This document shows positions 46,679 through 55,743 of a stretch of 64,000 nt of DNA, one piece after another. This stretch comes from Kiritimatiellia bacterium. GTDB lineage: Bacteria > Verrucomicrobiota > Kiritimatiellia > RFP12 > JBMNHG01. The notes beneath the pieces are model-generated. The model worked only from the letters and a program-made list of their open reading frames with translations, had not been told where the DNA came from and made no database searches. A program made the position numbers and the translations under genes. The stretch covers positions 355,167-419,166 of the forward strand of contig JBMNHG010000006.1 of the NCBI GenBank assembly GCA_050950285.1. Direction: 5' to 3'. Numbering within the stretch: position 1 is the first letter of the stretch; each line of letters begins with the position of its first letter.

Positions 46679-48694
46679 TTAAAAAACCCCCGAGGTTGCG
46701 ATGGCCGTGTAGATTTTTTCCTTCAGGGTTTCATCGGCGTCGACCGCGACCCGCTGGAAGATGCTCTCCCATGCGTGGAGCGTCTTCGACCACGCCTTGT
46801 CAAAATCCCAGTCCGGCGCGTCCGCCGCTTCGCGGCCGGTCTCCGCGTCTCCGTCCGCGACGGGCGCCGTCGTCTTGACCAGCATGGGACGGTCGCCGGG
46901 GGCAAACGTGTAGATCGTGCGCAGGGCCGTCCCGCCAGGGGGCGACGGCAGCGTCTCCCGGCCAATCCACGGCTCCGAGAATTCGATTTTGCACGCCTCG
47001 GATCCTTCGCGCTGGACGACGCACGCCTTTCGCGGGACGTTCTCGGGAAACGTCCAGCGCTGCCAGCCGACATGCCTTGTGGCCGTCAGTTCGACATGGA
47101 TGCCGAAGTTGGTCAGCCAGACGCTGTAGTAGCCCGTGCGGGCGCTCTCGGTATAGGCGTCCTTCACCCCGGCAGGGTCGGCGGGGGAGCCGGTGAACGG
47201 AAGCAGTAGCGCCTCGCGACGTTCAGGGTCGCCCGCTGCATTTGCATTGAAGTGGACGTGGGAGAAGCCGAGAATCCTGGGGTCGCTCCGCAGGTAGATT
47301 GCTTCGCCCGTCCGATCCTCGGTTCGCGTGACGGGGCCGACCTGTACGAGGCCGGACGGCGCGGCAGGCCCGGGGCGGACGCGTCCGCGAGGCGCGCCTG
47401 CGTTCAGGGGATCGATTTTCGTCCGTTGGGGATCTTCGGGAATCGGGCCGTCGTCTTCGAGGATGTTGGGGCCGAGAGCGCCGATCAGCGTCGTGTTTTC
47501 GTGAACGAGCTCGTCGATCCTACCGCGCTGTCGAAGGAAGAGCATCGGCTCGTTTGTCCGGTTGATTTGCGTGCAGTCGCGTATCGTCAGCCGCTTGATC
47601 CTGGCATCGTCCCTGATGCGGATCGTTGCGATGTCGGGACGGTGGCCCTCGTCGCGCGTCAGCCGCTCGATGGCGAGGCTCCCGATGTCGAGGCCGTGCT
47701 CGATTTCAATGGCGCCGAAGCGCCAGGAATCCCAGCAGTCCGCAGGAGCCTCCGCGCGCGAGATCGAGCAGTCGGAGATGACGATGTCGTCCATGGCGCC
47801 ACGCTCCTTGACGTCGCGGTGGAAATAGGTCAAGCCAATGCCGTAGCAGTAGAAGCGGCCGCGGACGTTGCGGATCGACACGCGCCGGACGGGATGCTCG
47901 GGCGAGCGCGAGAGCATGCGAACCGCGCTGTGGCAGTAGTCGCAGTCGATGCCGTCGATCTCGATGTCCGTGATCGGCCCGTGAAACGGGGTGTCCGATC
48001 CATCGGTCGCATTGAGGGCGATGAAATCGTCGAAGCAGACGCCGCGCAGGTTGGTGATCCGTCCAAAGGAGCAGCCGCCATCCATGTGGAAGCCGTCCAT
48101 GTTTCCCTTCACGGGGTTTCCCCAGGTGTAGTCGAACGTGATGTCGTCCGCGGTGAAATGGGTCGCGCGGATGAGCTGGATGCCGAAGGTAACGGGGTTG
48201 CGGATGGTCACGTCGGCGATTTCAAGCCCGTCGACCTTGAAAAGCTTGACGCAGACGCCGGTGAAGAATTCCGGATCGTACTTCTTTGGCCACGGCGTCG
48301 CCGTCTGGACCGCTTCCTTTGCCTCTGTCAGCCACTCGGCCCGCCGCGAGGGCGGCATCCAGCCGAGCGCGAGGACGTTGTGCCGCTGGCCGCTGTTGTT
48401 CATGTCCCAAACGCCGCCGGTGATCTTGATGTTCCGGTTCCCGTTCGCGACGTCGCGATTGGACAGCATCGGGCAGTCCGAGCCATCCGCCAGCTTGACG
48501 CGGCTGTCCTTGTCGAGCTTCAGTTCCTGGTCCGACCCGATTTCCAGCGTTCTTGAAATCAAGTATTCCCTCTGCGGGCGCGGCAGGCGGACGCACGCCG
48601 CCCCGGAGTCGAGCCGGACTTGGATGGCTGCGGTGTCGTCGTGGGCGCCGTCGCCAAACAAGCGCGGCCCGGTGTCCGGGAAATTCTGTGGCAT
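46679..48694 (-). CDS. pectin-lyase-like (GH28-related) beta-helix protein fused to a GH92 N-terminal-like domain
   Basis: GDGAHDDTAAIQ, ITGGVWD.N, NMDGFH, DDFIALN; C-terminal PSGLVQVGP..GFSHVH..GYYSVWL..VELTATRHVG...DFD..W...IYTAI. Confidence 0.72.
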   Translation of the reverse strand: MPQNFPDTGPRLFGDGAHDDTAAIQVRLDSGAACVRLPRPQREYLISRTLEIGSDQELKLDKDSRVKLADGSDCPMLSNRDVANGNRNIKITGGVWDMNNSGQRHNVLALGWMPPSRRAEWLTEAKEAVQTATPWPKKYDPEFFTGVCVKLFKVDGLEIADVTIRNPVTFGIQLIRATHFTADDITFDYTWGNPVKGNMDGFHMDGGCSFGRITNLRGVCFDDFIALNATDGSDTPFHGPITDIEIDGIDCDYCHSAVRMLSRSPEHPVRRVSIRNVRGRFYCYGIGLTYFHRDVKERGAMDDIVISDCSISRAEAPADCWDSWRFGAIEIEHGLDIGSLAIERLTRDEGHRPDIATIRIRDDARIKRLTIRDCTQINRTNEPMLFLRQRGRIDELVHENTTLIGALGPNILEDDGPIPEDPQRTKIDPLNAGAPRGRVRPGPAAPSGLVQVGPVTRTEDRTGEAIYLRSDPRILGFSHVHFNANAAGDPERREALLLPFTGSPADPAGVKDAYTESARTGYYSVWLTNFGIHVELTATRHVGWQRWTFPENVPRKACVVQREGSEACKIEFSEPWIGRETLPSPPGGTALRTIYTFAPGDRPMLVKTTAPVADGDAETGREAADAPDWDFDKAWSKTLHAWESIFQRVAVDADETLKEKIYTAIATSGVF

Positions 48695-48837
48695 GGCGGT
48701 GGTTCCTCGTTTTTTTTCAAACACACGACACGCCCGCTTCGCTTCCGCGGATGACGACGTGCGTGGCCTTGCCATGGCAGGGCGAGTCTAAGGTAGTCGT
48801 GCAAAGCCTTATCATAGCAAAAGCAAGGGGTGAGATG

Positions 48838-48876
48838 TGGCAAATGTGGATCCTAACTATTGGCCGATCGCGTCTT
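48838..48876 (-). promoter_or_regulatory. 39-bp motif copy B
   Basis: TGGCAAATGTGGATCCTAACTATTGGCCGATCGCGTCTT (31/39 identical to A); TGnTATGAT 21 nt downstream on minus strand. Confidence 0.7.
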
Positions 48877-48982
48877 GCTTTCGTCCGGCGATTCCTGTCG
48901 ATTCCTGCCGATGTCGACGCGGCGCGCGCCCGCCGCATGGCGAAGGGGAAGCCCCGGCCGGTTTCCGGAAAGGAGGCGCCGA

Positions 48983-49021
48983 AAGACGGGATCGGCAAAT
49001 GAATTGGATCCGTATTTGCGA
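48983..49021 (+). promoter_or_regulatory. 39-bp motif copy C (inverted relative to A and B)
   Basis: Reverse complement TCGCAAATACGGATCCAATTCATTTGCCGATCCCGTCTT (33/39 identical to A); TGnTGCCAT 22 nt downstream on plus strand. Confidence 0.7.
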
Positions 49022-49183
49022 GGTTCCTTCGCTTCCCCTGTGTTGCCATATGAGGCGCACACTACGGAATGTTCAATGGAGGAAACACCATGTCTGCGAA
49101 GAAACCCTTGAAAAAAGCGGCTCTTCCATGAAATGCGGAAAAGGTTGACACCCCCGCGTGGGGAAAGTCCACGCATCGGCATC

Positions 49184-49213
49184 TTGCGGGGAAAACCGGA
49201 ACGATGGTATGAT
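49184..49213 (+). promoter_or_regulatory. putative sigma70 promoter of TPR-kinase-ABC operon
   Basis: TTGCGG-N18-TATGAT with TG extension. Confidence 0.45.
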
Positions 49214-49360
49214 GCACCCGGACGATCCGGCCCTCCAGGGAAGATTCGGCATGCTTCGTGCTTGCCTGCATCGAATGGCCCTGCGCCATCGATCGTGTGT
49301 TTTTGAGAATCCAGGCGACGCCTCGCGGCGCGCCGTCGTTTAAGGATGAGGATGGACAAG

Positions 49361-51631
49361 ATGAATGCTCGGAAGCTGTGGTTCCTGCGAGTGGCCTGTG
49401 TGGGGCTGGCCTGCCTGCTGGCGACGGAAGCGCCCGCGCAGCGCGCCGGCCGCGCGGGGCGCCGCGCGCGCGGCGAAGGCGGGGCGGAAGGCGTCGACGC
49501 AGGCGAGATCGAGGCGAGCCGCTTCTACTCGAAGGCCTGCGAACTGCTCGAGGCGAACGACGAGGAACGCGGCATCCGCATGCTCGAGAACATCCTCGAG
49601 CAATTCCCCGCAAGCCGCGTCCGCTACCAGGCCCTGATCGCCCTCGGCAAGCACTACATCGGGAAGAACGACCAGGGCAAGGCCATCGCCTACCTCAACC
49701 AGGTGAAGGCCATCGAACAGCCCGACACCGAGCTCGGCGCCGCCGACCGCGAACTCCTCCTCGAATCGCTCTACCTGATGGGCACCGCCTACTTCAACAT
49801 GCGGCAGTACGGAGCCGCGTTCCCCATCCTCCGCCGCATCACCACGCAGTTCCCGAACTCCGTCTGGGCGAACCAGTCCTACTATTACATCGGCATGTGC
49901 CACTTCGCCCAAGGGAACTGGAGCCGCGCCATCGATTCCCTCAGCATGGTGGGCACCTTCATCGACGCCGACAGCCAGCAAACCCAGGTCGCCGAGGCGG
50001 GACACCGCTTCTACGTGAAGATCCAGGACGCCGACCTGCCCATCCTCTTCAACCTCGGGAAGAAGATCGCCGTCACCCTCGAAACCTCGCGGGGCGACGT
50101 GGAAGAGGTCGAGTGCTTCCCCCTGACCTCGGGCGCCGACGTCTTCATCGGCTCCATCCCCACCGAAATCGGCACCCCGAAGCCCGGAGACAACCTGCTC
50201 TCCGTCACCGGCGGCGACACGATCAAGACCGTGTACGTGGACGCCACCATCCAGGACGGCACCCCCGACGTCCGGAAGGAAGCCGAAGTGAAGGTCGTCT
50301 CCACCGCCTCCGCCACCTTCACCCTGGGCGACCACGACACCGAAGCCACCGCCGCCTTCCTCGACCAGCCCCTCTTCATCCTGGTCCAGGACGCCGACTG
50401 CGACCTCACCGAACAGGCCGACACCCTGCAGGTGCGTGTCGTCTCCCGCTTCAAGGCCGAGGACGACGACGACATCCCCGGCAACACCGTGGACCTTTCG
50501 AAACTCATGGAAGACCAGGAGGAGAAGTACGAAATCCGCGACGAAGTGACCCTCCTCCTCACCGAACTCGGCACCAACGACATCGTCCGCACCGGACGCT
50601 TCGGCGGCTCCGTGAAGGTCGTCGCCCTCGTCGACGGCGTCCCCGTGGAACGCACGGACGACGAACTCACGGCGGCCATCGACGACGAGATCGTCCTGAC
50701 CTACGTGGACAACGTGCACATCGACGGCTCCGACCCGCGCCTCGTCGAGTGCGTCATCCCCACCACCGGCGCCATCGACACCCGTCCCCGCGCCACCCAG
50801 GATGTCGTCTCCGACCCCGTGGTCCGTTCCAAGAAGATCCTCATCGAAGCCGCGGCCTACCTCGAACTGGGACGCATCTTCCGCAGCATGGGCCTCATGG
50901 ACGGCGCGAAAGACAAGGTGAAGGAGGGCCTGGACCGCGTCGACTCCGTCGTCCGCATGACCCTCCCCATCCCCGCGGAAGTCCGGCAGGAGGCCTTCCG
51001 GCTGAAATGGGAGCTCCACCTCGTCGTCGACGACTTCCACAGCGCCATGGCGGCATGCCGCCTCTTCAATTCGCTCTATCCCGACTCCCCCTTCGTGGAC
51101 CAGGCGCTCATGGGCATCGCCAAGATCCGCCTGGAGAACAAGGAGTACGACGATGCCATCGGCGTCTTCAACCAGGTGCTCGCCCTCCAGAAGTCCATGG
51201 CCAAGGCCGAAGCCCAGTTCCGCATCGCCGAATGCATCGAGGCCAAGGCGCTCCAGCGCATCAGCCAGTACTCGAACCTGAACAAGCTCTCCGCCATCGA
51301 GCCCGCCATCCAGACCTACAAGCTCTGCGCCGAGCGCTACCCCGAAAGCGAGTTCGCCGGCCAGTCGCTCGCGAAGGTCATCGACTACCACATCGACATG
51401 AAGGACTACGGCCAGGCGGGCGAGCTCCTCCAGCAGATCTTCCAGGACTATCCGGACGCGTCCTTCCTCGACGTCATGCTCCTCAAGTGGGTGCTCGTGG
51501 CCTACCGCGGCGGGGACTTCCAGAAGGCCTACGACAAGGCCAGCCAGCTCATCTTCGAGTACCCCGCCAGCTCGTACGCCGAAAAAGCCAGGGAGATCCT
51601 TCCCCGCATCGAGGCCCGCCTCAAGAAATAG
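49361..51631 (+). CDS. secreted TPR protein with Ig-like modules, paralogous to the 33125-41149 product
   Basis: Signal peptide; TPRs (ANQSYYYIGMCHF, DQALMGIAKI, AEAQFRIAEC); central modules align with those of the giant protein. Confidence 0.85.
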   Translation: MNARKLWFLRVACVGLACLLATEAPAQRAGRAGRRARGEGGAEGVDAGEIEASRFYSKACELLEANDEERGIRMLENILEQFPASRVRYQALIALGKHYIGKNDQGKAIAYLNQVKAIEQPDTELGAADRELLLESLYLMGTAYFNMRQYGAAFPILRRITTQFPNSVWANQSYYYIGMCHFAQGNWSRAIDSLSMVGTFIDADSQQTQVAEAGHRFYVKIQDADLPILFNLGKKIAVTLETSRGDVEEVECFPLTSGADVFIGSIPTEIGTPKPGDNLLSVTGGDTIKTVYVDATIQDGTPDVRKEAEVKVVSTASATFTLGDHDTEATAAFLDQPLFILVQDADCDLTEQADTLQVRVVSRFKAEDDDDIPGNTVDLSKLMEDQEEKYEIRDEVTLLLTELGTNDIVRTGRFGGSVKVVALVDGVPVERTDDELTAAIDDEIVLTYVDNVHIDGSDPRLVECVIPTTGAIDTRPRATQDVVSDPVVRSKKILIEAAAYLELGRIFRSMGLMDGAKDKVKEGLDRVDSVVRMTLPIPAEVRQEAFRLKWELHLVVDDFHSAMAACRLFNSLYPDSPFVDQALMGIAKIRLENKEYDDAIGVFNQVLALQKSMAKAEAQFRIAECIEAKALQRISQYSNLNKLSAIEPAIQTYKLCAERYPESEFAGQSLAKVIDYHIDMKDYGQAGELLQQIFQDYPDASFLDVMLLKWVLVAYRGGDFQKAYDKASQLIFEYPASSYAEKAREILPRIEARLKK

Positions 51632-51691
51632 CCTTGTTTCCCGCGGCGCCGGCCGGCGCCGCGGACCCCCTCTTTTCGCGAAAGGTCGCCC

Positions 51692-52687
51692 ATGATCATC
51701 CGGACCAAGGCCTATCCCCGTGCCGCGCTTATCGGGAACCCCTCCGACGGCTATTTCGGGAAGACCATCGCCTTCACCTTCCGCGAGTTCGCCGCCGAAG
51801 TCCAGCTGTACGAAACGCCCGAGCTCGAAATCCTCCCCACCCACCGCGACGAATCGACCTTCCCCTGCATCCAGGCCCTCGCGGAAGACGTGAGGCTCTT
51901 CGGCTACTACGGCGGCATCCGCCTGCTGAAGTCCGCCATCAAGTGCTTCTACCACTACTGCCTCGAGCACGGGATCGCCCTCCACGACCGGAACTTCACG
52001 ATCCAATACGATTCGACCATCCCCGGGCTCGTCGGCCTCGCCGGATCCAGCGCCATCATCACCGCCTGCATGCGCGCCCTGATGGCCTTCTACGACGTGG
52101 ACATCCCCCTCCCCCGGCTCGCCAACCTGATCCGGGACGTGGAGAGCCGCGAACTCGGCATCTCCGCCGGCCTCCAGGATCGCGTCGCGCAGGTCTACCA
52201 GGGTCTCGTCTACATGGACTTCGACAAGGCCACGATGGACCGCCAGGGATACGGCACCTACGAACGCCTCGATCCCGCGCTGCTCCCGCCCGTCTACATC
52301 GCCTACCGCACCGACCTCTCCGAAGGTTCCGAGGTCTTCCACAACACCATCCGCGTCCGCTTCGATAGCGGCGACCCCGTCGTCACGGGCGCCATGCGCG
52401 AATGGGCCGACCTCACCGTCCAGGCGCGCCGCTGCCTCGAGCGGAACGAACCCCACAAGCTCGCGGCCCTCATGGATCGCAACTTCGACCTTCGCGCCAG
52501 CCTCTACCGCCTCAGCGAGGGCAACCTCAGGATGGTACGGACCGCGCGCTCCGTCGGCGCCAGCGCCAAGTTCTCCGGATCCGGCGGCGCGATCGTGGGG
52601 ACCTTTACGGACGATGCCATGTTCGACCGTCTCGCCCGGGCGCTCGCCGAACAGCAGGTGAAGGTCTTCCGCCCCACGCTCGTCTAG
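51692..52687 (+). CDS. GHMP kinase, glucuronokinase-like
   Basis: [62 protein letters not shown]. Confidence 0.85.
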   Translation: MIIRTKAYPRAALIGNPSDGYFGKTIAFTFREFAAEVQLYETPELEILPTHRDESTFPCIQALAEDVRLFGYYGGIRLLKSAIKCFYHYCLEHGIALHDRNFTIQYDSTIPGLVGLAGSSAIITACMRALMAFYDVDIPLPRLANLIRDVESRELGISAGLQDRVAQVYQGLVYMDFDKATMDRQGYGTYERLDPALLPPVYIAYRTDLSEGSEVFHNTIRVRFDSGDPVVTGAMREWADLTVQARRCLERNEPHKLAALMDRNFDLRASLYRLSEGNLRMVRTARSVGASAKFSGSGGAIVGTFTDDAMFDRLARALAEQQVKVFRPTLV

Positions 52688-52709
52688 CCACGCCGGCATC
52701 CGGTTCCGA

Positions 52710-53981
52710 ATGCGCAACCGCTACGTCATCCATCGCCTTCTCGCGCTGATCCCCACCACCCTCGGCGTGCTGTTGCTCACCTTCCTGATCTTCCACGTCA
52801 TCGGCGGCTCGCCTGCGGAAGTCGTGCTCGGGAAGAACGCGTCGCCCGCCACGCTCGCGGATTTCGACTCGAAACACGGATACGACCTTCCCCTTCTTTT
52901 CGGGAACTGGACCTCCACCCGCGCGCTGCCCGACGGCGCCGCCGCCGCCCCTCCCCCCGCTTCCCGGTGGGATGCGCCCCTCGCCTTCCCCCTGCCCGAA
53001 GGACGCTACCGCCTCGCCGTCCGCCCGGCCGCACCCCCTGCGGCGGAGCCCATCCTCCGCGTCCGCGTCCGGCCCGCGGGCGCGGATGCCGATACCGATG
53101 CCCCCGCCATCGCGGCACGCCCGGAGGGGAATCGCTTCTTCTTCGAAGTCCCTGCCGGACACCGCGCGGAAGCGGCCTGGATCGAAGGCGGCGCGCCGCC
53201 CCTCGCCTGGAAGCTCCGCCGGCGCGTCCGCCACTTCTTCGATTCCCAGTTCGTCCACTATCTCGCGTCCGTGCTCCGGGGCGACCTGGGAGAGTCCACC
53301 GAACACGGCGCGCCCGTCCTCGAGGTACTGAAGGACGGCGTCGGCCCCTCGCTGGCCCTCACCGTCCCCATCCTCCTCTTCGGGACGATGGTCGCCGTGG
53401 GGCTCGGTCTCGCCGCCGCGCTCTGGCGGGACGGCGCCGTGGATCGATCGATCCTCCTCGCCTCCACGGCGCTCATGAGCATCAACTACGTGGTCTGGGT
53501 GGTCGCCGGACAGTACCTGCTCGCCTTCCGCCTGCGCCTGTTCCCCATCTGGGGCTTCGAAAACTGGACGTTCCTGCTGCTGCCCGTGCTGGTGGGCGTC
53601 GTGAGCGGCCTCGGTCGCGACGTGCGCTTCTTCCGCACCGTGTTCCTCGACGAGCTCCACCGCCCCTACGTCCGCACCGCCGTCGCAAAGGGCCTCCCGC
53701 CCGCGCGCATCCTCTTCGCCCACGTGCTCCGCAACAGCCTCATCCCGCTGCTCACCTACGTGAGCCTCTCCATCCCCTTCCTCTTCACCGGAAGCGTGCT
53801 CCTCGAAAGCTTCTTCGGAATCCCCGGGCTCGGATGCGTGAGCCTCAACGCCATCCACTCGTCCGACATGGCCGTCGTCCGCGCCGTCGTCATCCTCGGC
53901 GCCTTGCTCTACCAGATCGTCAACCTCCTCACCGACCTCGCCTACGCCTGGCTCGATCCGCGCGTGCGGATCGGCCCGTAG
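52710..53981 (+). CDS. peptide/nickel ABC transporter permease (DppB/OppB family)
   Basis: RRLL-like RLLALIPT, GDLGES, EAA loop YVRTAVAKGL, ESFFGIPGLG, DLAYAWLDPRVR. Confidence 0.9.
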   Translation: MRNRYVIHRLLALIPTTLGVLLLTFLIFHVIGGSPAEVVLGKNASPATLADFDSKHGYDLPLLFGNWTSTRALPDGAAAAPPPASRWDAPLAFPLPEGRYRLAVRPAAPPAAEPILRVRVRPAGADADTDAPAIAARPEGNRFFFEVPAGHRAEAAWIEGGAPPLAWKLRRRVRHFFDSQFVHYLASVLRGDLGESTEHGAPVLEVLKDGVGPSLALTVPILLFGTMVAVGLGLAAALWRDGAVDRSILLASTALMSINYVVWVVAGQYLLAFRLRLFPIWGFENWTFLLLPVLVGVVSGLGRDVRFFRTVFLDELHRPYVRTAVAKGLPPARILFAHVLRNSLIPLLTYVSLSIPFLFTGSVLLESFFGIPGLGCVSLNAIHSSDMAVVRAVVILGALLYQIVNLLTDLAYAWLDPRVRIGP

Positions 53982-54003
53982 AAACGCCCTGCCCCATGCC
54001 GTC

Positions 54004-54957
54004 ATGGCCAGACACGTCGATACCCCTGCGGCTTCGGCACGCCCCCGCACCCTGTGGCGCCGCCTCTGGCGGGAACGCGCGACGCGGGCGGCGCTGGCCG
54101 CCATCGCGCTCTACGCCGCCGCCGCGCTCTACGGCGAGATCGCCCATCGCGTGGCCGTCGCCCGGGATGTCACGCCGTCGTACAACCGCGTCCACGAGGA
54201 GTCGCGCTACGCCCCTCCCGCCTTCCAGCGCTGGCTCTCCGGGAACTCCGGCGGCCTCCCCGCCTTCCGCTATCCGCTCGGAAGCGACAACCTGGGGCGC
54301 TCCGTGGCCCTTCGCCTGGTGCAGGGCGCCCGCATCGCCTTCCACGTGGGCGTGGTCACCTCGCTCATCGCCATTCCCCTCGGCGTGCTGCTCGGCTGCC
54401 TCGGCGGATACTTCGGAGGAAAGACCGACGCCTTCGTGGTGTGGCTCTGCGCCACCGTGGCCTCCATGCCGGGCATCCTGCTCGTGCTCGCCATCACGAT
54501 GGTGGTGGGCAAGGGCCTCGCGGGGCTCTACCTCGCCATCGGCCTCACCACCTGGGTGGGAATCTGCCGCAACGTCCGCGCGGAGACGATCAAGCACCGC
54601 GACCGCGCCTACGTGCAGGCCGCGCGCGGCCTGGGCTATTCGCCGACGCGGATCCTCTTCCGCCACATCCTCCCGAACGTGATGCACATCGTGCTCATCT
54701 CGTTCTCCATCCGCTTCCCGGCCGCCGTCTCCACCGAGGTCTTCGTGAGCTTCCTCGGCATCGGCGTGCAGAACGAGCCCTCCTGGGGCATCATGCTGAA
54801 CAACGCGCGCCTGCGCCTCTGGCAGGGCGTGTGGTGGGAGATGACCTTCGTCACGCTCGCCATCTTCGGCCTCGTCCTGAGCTTCAACGTCGTCGCCGAC
54901 CGCCTCCGCGACCTGCTCGACCCCTCCCTCCGCGACGACGCACCGGGAGGCATGTGA
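54004..54957 (+). CDS. peptide/nickel ABC transporter permease (DppC/OppC family)
   Basis: PLGSDNLGRS, YVQAARGLG, RHILPN, SFLGIG...PSWG.ML, DRLRDLLDP. Confidence 0.9.
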   Translation: MARHVDTPAASARPRTLWRRLWRERATRAALAAIALYAAAALYGEIAHRVAVARDVTPSYNRVHEESRYAPPAFQRWLSGNSGGLPAFRYPLGSDNLGRSVALRLVQGARIAFHVGVVTSLIAIPLGVLLGCLGGYFGGKTDAFVVWLCATVASMPGILLVLAITMVVGKGLAGLYLAIGLTTWVGICRNVRAETIKHRDRAYVQAARGLGYSPTRILFRHILPNVMHIVLISFSIRFPAAVSTEVFVSFLGIGVQNEPSWGIMLNNARLRLWQGVWWEMTFVTLAIFGLVLSFNVVADRLRDLLDPSLRDDAPGGM

Positions 54958-55700
54958 TGGAGTCGCCCCGCGGACAGGCCCGCCGGACGTGGCTGGCGCA
55001 CCTGCTGGACTTCGCCTTCCCGCGCGTCTGCCCGGTCTGCCGCCGCGCTTCAGACCGCCCGGAACGCCACCTCTGCACGGACTGCCGCATGCGCCTCCCC
55101 GTGTACGACGGCCCCGTCTGCGCCCGCTGCGGCGCAATCCCCGTCGGCAACGTGGGCAACCGCGACTTCACCTGCGGGACCTGCCGCAACGCCCGCCCCG
55201 CCTTCGACCGCGCCCGGTCTGCCGCCCGCTTCGCCGGAGGCGTCCGCGACATGATCCTCGCCTTCAAATACAACCACGCCACCTGGCTTCGCGAGGATCT
55301 CGCCGACCTGCTCGAAGGCTGCGTCCGCGCGCGCCTCGACGCCGGCGAAATCGACGTCGTCGCCCCCGTCCCCCTCCACCCCTCGCGCCTCCGCTCCCGC
55401 ACCTACAACCAATCCGACCTCCTCGCCCGCTCGCTCGCCAGGCGCCTGGACTGCCCCTACCGCCCCGACCTCCTCGCCCGGACCCGCGCCACCTCCACGC
55501 AGACGCGCCTCGGCGCCGGCGGACGACGCCTCAACGTGCGCGATGCGTTCGCCCTCTCCGAACCCGAATGGGCCTCCGGACGCACCATCCTCCTGGTGGA
55601 CGACGTCATGACCACCGGCGCCACCCTCCACGAATGCGCCCGCATCCTCCGCGCCGCCTCCCCCGTGCGCATCTGGTGCGCCACCCTCGCCCGCGATTGA
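54957..55700 (+). CDS. comF: ComF family double zinc ribbon phosphoribosyltransferase-like protein
   Basis: FPRVCPVC..CTDC..CARC..CGTC; VPLHPSR.R.RTYNQS; LLVDDVMTTGATL. Confidence 0.9.
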   Translation: MESPRGQARRTWLAHLLDFAFPRVCPVCRRASDRPERHLCTDCRMRLPVYDGPVCARCGAIPVGNVGNRDFTCGTCRNARPAFDRARSAARFAGGVRDMILAFKYNHATWLREDLADLLEGCVRARLDAGEIDVVAPVPLHPSRLRSRTYNQSDLLARSLARRLDCPYRPDLLARTRATSTQTRLGAGGRRLNVRDAFALSEPEWASGRTILLVDDVMTTGATLHECARILRAASPVRIWCATLARD

Positions 55701-55743
55701 CCCCCCTCCCCCGCCTCCCGACCCCCAACCCCGGACCCAAACC

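Noticed and set aside
48700..49340. Short ORFs or a riboswitch in the 650-bp gap
   Set aside because: ORFs lack coding bias; the dyad symmetry is largely explained by inverted motif copies B and C; no known aptamer recognised
51641..51664. Perfect GC palindrome CCGCGGCGCCGGCCGGCGCCGCGG as a terminator
   Set aside because: No adjacent U-tract and the next gene starts 28 bp later; at most an mRNA-stabilising hairpin
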